Shown here: positions 26,522-36,500 of the stretch, one piece after another
How positions within the stretch are numbered: position 1 is the first letter of the stretch
How the letters are laid out: each line of letters begins with the position of its first letter
Virus record (IMG/VR): IMGVR_UViG_3300034105_002260
Origin: a virus
DNA: 64,000 nucleotides
Strand: one strand, 5' to 3'
Made by a program: the position numbers and the translations under genes
The notes under the pieces: model-generated
Seen by the model: the letters and a program-made list of their open reading frames with translations, nothing else
What the model was told of the DNA's origin: nothing
Database searches by the model: none

Positions 26522-28408
26522 ATGAATGCATCAGATATAGAATTAGCTAAAGCAGCTAGAAAAGGTTCCGACGAGTTTGAAAAAGTGTACGTTAGAAAAT
26601 TTGGCAAAACGGACGGAGCTACTTTAGGAAATAAATTTCAATTCTATCTTAGTATAGACCCTAACGCTAAAACTAATGATGGTGGAGGTGGTGGAGGAAA
26701 TTCAAATAGCGATGCGGGTAAATTAGTTAATGGTATAGGTGGAATACAAGACTTCAGTAGTAAATTAACTATGGGTCCTAGTACTGATATTACTGATTTA
26801 AAAACTTTCTTAGGTGCGGGAGTAGAAACACTAGAAAAGTTCTTTGGTAAAAATGGTGGAATTATTGACGGAACCGCCGCTTTGATTAAAAATTTAGCGG
26901 GAGCAGCAATGGTGGGTGCTGAAGATATTCTAAAAAAAGAAGTAGAACTTAGAGCTCAAATCAATTCCCAATTAGGGGTTGCGGGAGATTTATCAAAAAA
27001 TTATAGACAAGAAATTGTTGCGTCATTACCTGGAGTTGTTTCAATGGGTTATGGTTTTCAACAAGTAAGTGATTTAATGGTTGGTCTTGCTGAAGAAACA
27101 GGAAGATTTACAACATTAAACGCAACCGTAGTGGCGGATACCGCCAAAACATCAAGAGCTTTCGTTGGGGACTTAACGGAAATGTCAAAAGTTTTCTCAA
27201 CATTTGAACAAGTTGGTATTGGAGCAGAAAAATCATTAGAAGCAATTAATCAAGCGGGTAAGAGTTCGATAGAGTTAGGATTAAACGGTAAAAAAACTGT
27301 TAATGAAATTCGAGCAAATATTGGTAAGTTAAATGAATATGGTTTTCAAAACGGTATACAAGGTTTAACTAGAATGGTACAAAAGGCAACCGAATTCAGA
27401 ATGAGTATGAATGAAGTGTTTACCATTGCAGATAAGGTTATGGACCCAGAAGGTGCAATATCATTATCCGCTAATTTACAAGTGTTAGGTGGTGCAATTG
27501 GTGATTTTGGTGACCCACTTAAGATGATGTATGACGCAACTAATAATGTTGAAGGGTTACAAGATGCTTTAATTGGTGCTGCGGGGTCTTTATCCACATA
27601 TAATAGTGAACAAGGTAGATTTGAAATTACTGGTGTAAATTTAAGAAGGGCTAAAGCAATGGCTGCCGAATTGGGAATCAGTTATCAAGAATTATCGAAA
27701 GGGGCAATTGCCGCCGCTGAGAGATCATCAGCGGCTTCGGCATTAATGAGTAGAGGTTTAAAATTAGATGACAAACAAACAGAATTTATTACTAACCTTG
27801 CTAGAATGAAAGATGGTACAATGACAATTGATGTTTCATCTATTTCAAAAGAATTTGGTGGAGCTCAATCTATTGCGTTAGATAAGTTAACACAAGAACA
27901 AGCAAATATATTAAAAGAAAACGCGAAGAAATTAGAGGGAATGAGTATTGAGGAAGTTGCAAGAGATCAATTTACCGAAACCCAAAACTTAGTTTTAAAG
28001 ACAAATGAAATTTTAACAATATTAAAAGTTCAATTCGCTAAAGCTATGGTTGGACCAGGAGAAACTGCGGATAGTTACATAAAAGAAGCTAATAAGTATC
28101 TTAGTGGGGCGCTTAAAGGTGAAAAAGGAAACAAAGCGGGTGAAATGGTGGAGACAGTTAGAAACCAAGGTTTATCGGGAATATTAAAGGGTAGTGCCTC
28201 TAACAAAAAACAAGAAGCGTTAAAGGTTGATAATAAACCAAAAACGGCAACAAAAGAAGATAAAACGACTAGTACTGATAAACCTATGACCGCGGCCGAA
28301 TATCTTCAAATCCAAAATAGTACAAAATATGACAAGAATAAACAAATTATAATCAACAATAATTTGGAACCTATGAACCCGAACGATTATCTATCCCTAC
28401 AGATTTAA
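26522..28408 (+). CDS. Tape measure protein
   Basis: Ala/Gly-rich helical 628 aa directly after the chaperone; late motif at 26511-26518. Confidence 0.8.
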   Translation: MNASDIELAKAARKGSDEFEKVYVRKFGKTDGATLGNKFQFYLSIDPNAKTNDGGGGGGNSNSDAGKLVNGIGGIQDFSSKLTMGPSTDITDLKTFLGAGVETLEKFFGKNGGIIDGTAALIKNLAGAAMVGAEDILKKEVELRAQINSQLGVAGDLSKNYRQEIVASLPGVVSMGYGFQQVSDLMVGLAEETGRFTTLNATVVADTAKTSRAFVGDLTEMSKVFSTFEQVGIGAEKSLEAINQAGKSSIELGLNGKKTVNEIRANIGKLNEYGFQNGIQGLTRMVQKATEFRMSMNEVFTIADKVMDPEGAISLSANLQVLGGAIGDFGDPLKMMYDATNNVEGLQDALIGAAGSLSTYNSEQGRFEITGVNLRRAKAMAAELGISYQELSKGAIAAAERSSAASALMSRGLKLDDKQTEFITNLARMKDGTMTIDVSSISKEFGGAQSIALDKLTQEQANILKENAKKLEGMSIEEVARDQFTETQNLVLKTNEILTILKVQFAKAMVGPGETADSYIKEANKYLSGALKGEKGNKAGEMVETVRNQGLSGILKGSASNKKQEALKVDNKPKTATKEDKTTSTDKPMTAAEYLQIQNSTKYDKNKQIIINNNLEPMNPNDYLSLQI

Positions 28409-28447
28409 TATTTCGTATAAACCTCTATTTATTAGAAAAGCGATATA

Positions 28448-31400
28448 ATGCCAAGCTACTTAGATTTTGATTCTACAAAAAGATTTAGAGATTACATCTT
28501 AAGTAAAACGTTGAATAGACCTAACGGTCCTCAAACGTTTACTCAAAGCTCGTATACAATTCAAACTCTAAGTGAAATGGCTAACCCAGATTTACCTGAA
28601 GTTGACCAAAACAGAGCAACAGACCTATTACAGACCCAAAATACGAACATATTCAAACCGTTGGAGTACTTTGTCACAGAGACATTAGATACACTCCCAA
28701 GACGAGCAAATTTACAACTATACCCATATTTCAATTCGGGTAACTATAACTTTATCAGTATTATGTCAACAGACAATTATGATACTGAATCAGAGTTAAT
28801 GAAGTTTGCCGCTTTGAATATGAGATTGAACCAAAGTGGTCCAGTTTTTTCAAGAATTAATAGAAATATTGAGGCGGCAACAAATGGTAGATTAAGAATT
28901 TTAGATGCGTTAAATGGTAATACAGCAACCGCAATTAATTTAATTACAGGTAGAGAACCATTAATTGAATCGAACAATAAAATTACTGTTGCTAAAACCC
29001 TTCCAGGTAAAGCGATTGACTTTTTACAAACAGTTGCAGGGGTAGAATTCCCTTGGTCTGAAATACCTGGAGATTATTTAAGTAACCCAAGAAACCCAAT
29101 TAACGTTAGACCACAAGCTAAAACCGAATTAGGTAAAGTTTGGCAAGATGTCACAGGAGCATTAGGTTCATTAATAGGAATACAAAGAAGACCAAAATTA
29201 GATAGGAAACCATCAGATTTGATGATTGAATATTTGGGAGAAGGTCAAAAGAATGTATTATATGATAATTTATCATATTCAAAATACGCACCAAATTATA
29301 CCACAACAGCAAGATCACAAAACTCATCGAAAGTGTTTAGTTTTGTTGATAAAATTGCTCAAGGAATTAAAAATATATTAGGTGTTGAAGCACCTAAAGG
29401 AGTTGCCTACATTGGTGATGACAGAGGAGACGATGTCAAATATGCGATGGGGGATTTTAACGATAGACAAGTTAGAAGTAGTTACTATTTGAGTTTAATG
29501 TTTGATCCCGTTCAAGCGGAGTTATTTCAAAGAGATAAGAACATATCTCAAGGAGGTAAAATTACAGGTAACTTAACTTGGATTAGTAAAAATTCTAAAA
29601 ACAAAATTGGTACACATAATAAAGAATGGGGTACAGAACAATCAACATACTCAGATACTTTATCTACAAAATTTGATTTTAGAGAAGATTCAATATTAGG
29701 ATATACCCAAGAAATATTAGATACCTTACCAAATAATGGAGGGTCAGCAAGATCTCACGTTGCAAATGTTATTGACCAAACAAGTCGTTTCTTTAAAGAA
29801 GGTGACGTTATGATGTCAAGAGGATCTGCAGTGAAATATATTAAGAACAATTCTGGTGAAGAAAGTGGAATTGAATTTTGTAGAGTATGGACAAAAGATA
29901 GGTCATATATGAATTACTCGGATACTATGAAAAGAACGGGTAATATTAGAAAATATGATGATAGTGTAATGTCCACACCCTGGAATTTAAACATCGCACC
30001 AATGTCAAATGGTAAAAAATCATTTGACCAATCTACAAACATATTCAAAAGTGAAAAGGGTAAAGACCTTTACGGAGGTGAAGGGTTTTATGCTAAAAAA
30101 TATATGTTTTCAATTGAAAACTTAGCTTGGAAATCTTCAACACTACCAGGGTTTACAGTTTTAGATTTACCATATTGTGAAAGAGGACCAAACGGAGGTC
30201 GAGTTATGTGGTTCCCACCATATGATTTAAAGGTATCAGAACAAAATAGTGCTAAATGGGAAGAAAATAGTTTTTTAGGAAGACCAGAACCAATTTACAC
30301 ATATCAAAATACATCAAGAAGTGGTCAAATATCATTTAAAGTTGTTGTAGACCACCCAAGTATCTTAAACTTATTAGTTAGAGAACATTTTGAAGGAATG
30401 TCAGATGAAGATTCTGATAACTACATTAATGCATTTTTCGCTGGTTGTGAAGAAATTGATTTTTATGATTTAATTAAAAGATACACAACAATTACCTCGG
30501 ACGACGCTAAAAAAATAAAAGAATATCTTGAAGGTGGATCTGATCCAATATCAATTAAAAAATTTAGAGTTGAATCCGATCCTATACCAACTGAAACACC
30601 TAAGACTGAACCAACTAAAATTGAAGGGGTTAAATTAAAAACTTCATTATTGTTTGCAAATGACAGGCCAAGTGGTGATGGAGATTATACTTCAGCTGCG
30701 GATTATACAACATTATACAATCAATCAATTGGTCAATCAGGTGGTACATATAAAGATAAAGCTAAGGCAGAATTAGAGGAAACTTTAAATACATTATTAC
30801 CTTTAGCGTTTAATGGAACAACAGGACCTGCGGATAATGCGAGAAAAGATATAAAAACATTAATAGGAACACCAGATGGTAAAATAGACCCATCACTTCA
30901 CGCGGCAAAGATTACCGAACAAAAAGATTTATTACAAAAACAAATAGATAAAGGTGTTACAAATTATAACGAATATAAAACAAAAATTGCAACACTAAAA
31001 GAAGATATAACAAAAGGTAAAGTACAAGAAATTACAATTACTGCGTTATCGTCTTGTTCTGCGGTTGCTGATGATACCTACAATTATAAATTATCAATAA
31101 GAAGAAGTCACAGTATTTTTAAAGATATTGTTAGAGAGTTAGGTGGTGACGTTAGTAAAGCTAATTGGGTGAATATACCAAAAGGTTCACCAACCACGGC
31201 AACTAAATTAGAAAGGGTTGTATCATTTAAAGATTTAGGATTCGCAGATAAAGAAGGTAATTTAATATTCAAAGCAACTAACGCAGGAGAAAAAGTTGCA
31301 AACGAAGAAAATAAAAGTTGTAGTGATAATGAATTTAAATCAAAATCATTAAAAGTTAATAGTGCAATTGCTTTCGGTTGTAGACAATCTAAAGTAGAAT

Positions 31401-33211
31401 TCAATTATACTAAAGCTGTTGTACCTCAAGAACCTCAAAAACCAAACCCCGATGTTATTCCACCAAGAACTAGATTAGTTCCTGACGGAGAAGAGAAACT
31501 ACCTTCAGGTAGAAAAAAACCACAAATAGACCCAATGAAGAGAATAATAATGAAGACATTGTCTGAATGTTATTATTTTAAAATATTGGAAGAAAAAGAC
31601 CCAGTTGTTTTTGGTTCATTAAAAGAAAAATTAAAATATTTTCACCCAGGGTTTCACTCGATGACACCTGAAGGATTAAACGCACGTTTAACATTTTTAC
31701 AACAATGTCTTAGACCTGGAGATACTATACCAATTAAAGGTTTATCTGAGGCTTTGGATTTAAACGCAAGAAATACAACATTCGGACCACCACCAATTTG
31801 TGTACTAAGAGTTGGTGATTTTTACCACTCTAAAATTATTATTAGAGATATCAGTATAACATTTGAAGATAGTACCTGGGATTTAAATCCAGAAGGTATT
31901 GGTGTACAACCAATGTTAGCCAACGTATCGTTACAAGTTAACTTTATTGGAGGTCAAGGATTGGCTAAACCTGTTGAAAGATTACAAAACGCATTATCGT
32001 CTAACTTCTATGCTAATACGGAAATGTACGATGAGAGATCAACCGTAACTGTAGGTAGTATAAGTGGAAGAACAGTACAAGAATTTACTAAGTGGTTCTT
32101 AGAAGGTTTACAGGTGGCGGAAGAACCTGCGGTGGATTCAAGTAACACTACTGAAGGTGTAAAACCACAATTAGGAACATACATTGGAAAGGGTACAACA
32201 ACATTAACATATGATGATTTAGTTAATGATGTTTTCACTAAGACAAAAGTTTATTTCGAATCATTTGAACCCGCTTACAATCTTTTAAATAAAGAATTCG
32301 GGCCGTTAATAATGAAATTATTATTAAGTTCAGATTATAGAAAAATAAAAAATTACGATATATTCACGTCAACATCTTTAACTCCAGGAACCACAATTGA
32401 AATGATTGGTAAGTACCCTGACGGTACCCCATACTCAAGATTTGTTTCTTTATTAAAAAAGAATCTACTTGATTTTACAAAAACAATAGACTTATGTTCG
32501 GTGTTTGCATTCGATAAAGTACTAACCGCTCCTAAAATAATAAAGGCTAATGAATTATTAAGACCTTATATTACTAAATTAATTGAAGATAAAATTAGTT
32601 CGTTATCATCTAATAAACAAGTAGATGGGTTTGAAGAAAGAAGAAATAATTTAATAATCGCATTAGATAAGGTTAATTTCTTAGTAAAATATGGATATGA
32701 CGCTCAGTTAGAATCCCAGGATAAAGCAATGAAAGCAACTTTATCTGGTTATACGTCTAATTTAATTTATGATGAATATAAAACTTGTATTGATTACATA
32801 AAAGATAATACAGGTAAGTTTTATGAAAATATAGATAACACGATAGATTACACCAACCCAACAATAACATCTCAAATTTTAGGTTCTATATTGTCGGTAT
32901 TGTTAAGTTCGGGAGGAATGTATAGTAAAGAAACATTAATGAAGGTATTCGATGCGGATAAAACCATATTTGATGAAAATACTATTGAAAAATTAAACAA
33001 AAAAATAACATCGTTCGTTGAATCTCCGAAAGATATTAAATTTAAATTTAAAACGATGAAAGAAAGAAAAAATAGTAACCCAATTTCTTTCAATGTCACA
33101 GCAACAGAAGAAATAACTGACCCTGCGGTAAAAGAACAAGTTACTAATTTAAATTCTAAAAAAGTTGATAGCATAAGTGGTAAATTAAATTATTATAGAA
33201 ATGTCCCGTAG
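28448..33211 (+). CDS. Baseplate/tube-initiator protein with inserted OmpA-like domain
   Basis: WFPPYDL..FLGRPEPIYTY and PPPICVLRVGDF tube-initiator halves; YNYKLSIRRSHSI OmpA-like motif. Confidence 0.65.
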   Translation: MPSYLDFDSTKRFRDYILSKTLNRPNGPQTFTQSSYTIQTLSEMANPDLPEVDQNRATDLLQTQNTNIFKPLEYFVTETLDTLPRRANLQLYPYFNSGNYNFISIMSTDNYDTESELMKFAALNMRLNQSGPVFSRINRNIEAATNGRLRILDALNGNTATAINLITGREPLIESNNKITVAKTLPGKAIDFLQTVAGVEFPWSEIPGDYLSNPRNPINVRPQAKTELGKVWQDVTGALGSLIGIQRRPKLDRKPSDLMIEYLGEGQKNVLYDNLSYSKYAPNYTTTARSQNSSKVFSFVDKIAQGIKNILGVEAPKGVAYIGDDRGDDVKYAMGDFNDRQVRSSYYLSLMFDPVQAELFQRDKNISQGGKITGNLTWISKNSKNKIGTHNKEWGTEQSTYSDTLSTKFDFREDSILGYTQEILDTLPNNGGSARSHVANVIDQTSRFFKEGDVMMSRGSAVKYIKNNSGEESGIEFCRVWTKDRSYMNYSDTMKRTGNIRKYDDSVMSTPWNLNIAPMSNGKKSFDQSTNIFKSEKGKDLYGGEGFYAKKYMFSIENLAWKSSTLPGFTVLDLPYCERGPNGGRVMWFPPYDLKVSEQNSAKWEENSFLGRPEPIYTYQNTSRSGQISFKVVVDHPSILNLLVREHFEGMSDEDSDNYINAFFAGCEEIDFYDLIKRYTTITSDDAKKIKEYLEGGSDPISIKKFRVESDPIPTETPKTEPTKIEGVKLKTSLLFANDRPSGDGDYTSAADYTTLYNQSIGQSGGTYKDKAKAELEETLNTLLPLAFNGTTGPADNARKDIKTLIGTPDGKIDPSLHAAKITEQKDLLQKQIDKGVTNYNEYKTKIATLKEDITKGKVQEITITALSSCSAVADDTYNYKLSIRRSHSIFKDIVRELGGDVSKANWVNIPKGSPTTATKLERVVSFKDLGFADKEGNLIFKATNAGEKVANEENKSCSDNEFKSKSLKVNSAIAFGCRQSKVEFNYTKAVVPQEPQKPNPDVIPPRTRLVPDGEEKLPSGRKKPQIDPMKRIIMKTLSECYYFKILEEKDPVVFGSLKEKLKYFHPGFHSMTPEGLNARLTFLQQCLRPGDTIPIKGLSEALDLNARNTTFGPPPICVLRVGDFYHSKIIIRDISITFEDSTWDLNPEGIGVQPMLANVSLQVNFIGGQGLAKPVERLQNALSSNFYANTEMYDERSTVTVGSISGRTVQEFTKWFLEGLQVAEEPAVDSSNTTEGVKPQLGTYIGKGTTTLTYDDLVNDVFTKTKVYFESFEPAYNLLNKEFGPLIMKLLLSSDYRKIKNYDIFTSTSLTPGTTIEMIGKYPDGTPYSRFVSLLKKNLLDFTKTIDLCSVFAFDKVLTAPKIIKANELLRPYITKLIEDKISSLSSNKQVDGFEERRNNLIIALDKVNFLVKYGYDAQLESQDKAMKATLSGYTSNLIYDEYKTCIDYIKDNTGKFYENIDNTIDYTNPTITSQILGSILSVLLSSGGMYSKETLMKVFDADKTIFDENTIEKLNKKITSFVESPKDIKFKFKTMKERKNSNPISFNVTATEEITDPAVKEQVTNLNSKKVDSISGKLNYYRNVP

Positions 33212-33527
33212 TTATTTTAACAGATATGAACTTTTTATGGAAGATGGTAGCTTTAGAATAGTACCAGGTATTGAACTCCCAATCAAGGGTTCGGACAAAT
33301 ACCACCAATATAAAAATGGAAAAGATAGATTAGATAAATTATCGCAAGAGTTTTACGGAACACCAATTTTTGGGTGGTTAATTATGAATGCCAACGCTTT
33401 AGCGGGAACAAATGAATTTGAAATCCCCGATAATTTTATCCTTAGAATTCCTTTTCCTTTGGTTACCTCTTTACAAGATTATAAAAGAGGTGTAGAATTG
33501 TATAATTTATATTATGGGGAACAATGA
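33201..33527 (+). CDS. LysM-like baseplate wedge protein (gp53/tail X-like)
   Basis: DRLDKLSQEFYGTPIFGWLIMNAN...LRIP. Confidence 0.85.
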   Translation: MSRSYFNRYELFMEDGSFRIVPGIELPIKGSDKYHQYKNGKDRLDKLSQEFYGTPIFGWLIMNANALAGTNEFEIPDNFILRIPFPLVTSLQDYKRGVELYNLYYGEQ

Positions 33528-36500
33528 TTTATCGAATAGTGAGAAAATATTAGTTAAGGTCGATCAGAACAATCTGATGTACATCGACCCTAATAGTGTC
33601 GTGATTAATGGTGAAATAGAACCAAGAGGAATAAAACAGGAAAACTTGGTTATGTTTGTTAATCTTGAAGCTGATATTGTTCCTAGGTCAACACTTGTTT
33701 CAAACGACGACAAGAATACATTAAAAAACATTGCCAAAGGAACTCTGAACTTTTTAAGTAGTGCAACTACTGATAGAGATTACACAACTCAATGGACCGA
33801 TTCTTATTTTGAAAGTAAACCTAAAAAAGTTACAAAAGATGAAAATGGTAACCTTCACGGTGTAGATGAGTTTTATCAAAGTGACGAAACTGGGCAATCA
33901 TTTGGTATTGATAACATTAGTATATTAGTAAAAGGAGCAAATTTTATACCTCAAATCAATATTAACTTTATTGATGTTAGAGGTAAGACTCTTTTTGAAT
34001 CTCCAGAGAATTCACCATATCAAGCTTTCTTTCATTTACCTTGGCCAATATTTTATTTAACGGTTAAAGGATTTTATGGTAAGGCAATTAGATATAGATT
34101 ACACTTAGTAAAATTTAACTCAAGATATAACGAATCAAATGGTAATTTTGAAATTGCCACATCATTTGTCGGTTCATCGTTTGCGTTTATGAATGACATA
34201 CCGTTAAAAGGTGTTCTAAATGCTCCATATATGTTTCTTAAGGAGTCAACAAAACCCGTTGAGTTTAACGAAAGTACGGGTAAATCGACTCAAAAAGTTT
34301 TCAAATCATCAAAGGGTTATGCGATGCTCAATTCCGTTTACTCGGAAATGAAAAGAAAAAAATTAATACCACAAGACTTTCCAGTAAAAACGGTTAGAGA
34401 AATTGGTGCAATTGCGGAGACGTTAGATAAAATATTAGAACAAACAATATTCAGTGAAGTAATAGACACCAAAGTCTTGGCTGGATTACAAGACTATGAT
34501 AAAGATTTAACAAATTTTGAATCAGAAATAAAAAATTGGGCATCTATACATTTAAATAAAAGTTCATACGAAGATACGATTACAGGAAAAGATATTAATG
34601 GTTTGAACACCTATATTAGATATTATGGTCTTAGTGATAAGAACAAATCTGATTTGAAAAATATTGAAGGTAAAGAAAATTATAAAACTTTAGAGGGTTT
34701 GTTAGTACTATACAACGAAAAATTAAAAAATAGTGCAGCTTTAAATAATAATTTACAAAAGAAAACAGATAAATCAATAAATGTAACCATTTCTTTTCTA
34801 TCAAAAAATATAAGTAATGCAGGTAATTACTATAAGAAAAATGAAAGAGGGGAATATGTTGTTGCAATTGATAAATTAGTACAGGATGTTGGTGAAATTA
34901 GAGGAACGTTTTTTGAACAAAAACAAAAAATAGAAAAAGAGGTAGAAAGAAAAATGAATGAAGTGGTTAAAAATCCAAAATTAGGAATTGGATTTGAACC
35001 TACCGTTAGAAATCTATTCGCCGTTTTATTAGCTAACGCGGAAGTGTACGTCAGATTAATGAAAGAAGTACATCAAGATGCATTTAAAGTTGCTAACGAT
35101 AGAAAAGGAAAATTAAAAGGTTTTTCTGATGAAAGTATTGGAGAAACAATTTACCCTTGGCCAGAAATTAAAAGAACATTACCAACAGATAAGAAAAAAG
35201 TTATTGCATACCCAGGAGAACCCGAACTTAGGGAGAAGTTACAATCTAACAACCCATTGTTATGGCCTGAGGTTGCATTTGTTGAGGAATACATTGCGGT
35301 ATCAACCAATAAGAGTGACCCCAACTCCGAAAAAGAAGGTGGTGTGAATAACATTAATTATATATTTGAAAGTGATTTAGACGATTCCAAAGTCAACCAA
35401 GTAAGTTCATTATTTGAAGTTTCAAATAGTATTCCATATAGTGATAGAAGTTTAGTTTCATTTTTATATGAACTACACGAAAGAGCTAAAATTATGACTT
35501 TCGTTGATTCATTTGATGCAACAATAATTAAAGAATTGGTTAATATTGAATATGAAACAATTAATGAAGTAATAAGTGAGGAGCCAGATCTTATTGACAT
35601 TTTAAATACAAATATTAAAACTGTTGAGAACTTAACAACATATATGCAAGGACTATCTCCATTTGAAAGAAGTCCATATTATAGAGACAGTATACCAACT
35701 CAACCGTACATTAAGGATTTGTTAGATGCTCCATTTGATATTAAACAATATGACAATAGTATAACCAAAAAACCTAAAAACGAAAAATTATATAATACAA
35801 TTAATGATCAATTATTAAAATATACTCCAGAACCATATAGAAAAAATATTTATCCGTTTAATTCACCAACATATACGACTTATCTTGATAAACCATTCTC
35901 AGAAAATGATTTGAATTTTAAAGGAGTATTAAAAGTTAGACCAGATAAGGGTTTTATTACAACACCAGTTGGAACATATAATTGGGTTAAAGAAGGATAT
36001 AAAAAGAATGAGAAATACGCTAACTTATTTACTCAATCTATGTCTTTTGCCACACATACTGAAAATGTATTAAACACACCTTACTTTCATAGACAATTAT
36101 TTAGTGATTTTACAAAAACCAACCCATATTCAAAATATGTTGGTTCGGCGTATTTGTTATTAAACTCATTACCATTTGTAGAATTAACCGATAAGATATC
36201 GTTTATTGAATTGGACGGTAAACAAGATACACCAACCTCAGTACTTTTACCACCCGTTAGAGTATCGTCATTATTTAGAGAAATCAGTTCAACACATTAT
36301 GTACCATATCATTTAATTGTGAAATGGGGTTCGATATATCACAGATATAAAAAGAAAATATTAGATGGTGTTGATATTTTAGATGGTTTCCTTGATTCAA
36401 CAGGAACAACTAAAAATATTAACGCTAATTTATTTTTTAACTCAGGTAGAACATCCAATGAGTTTACTGTATTTCCAAATGGATTTAATTTTGTGGGAGG

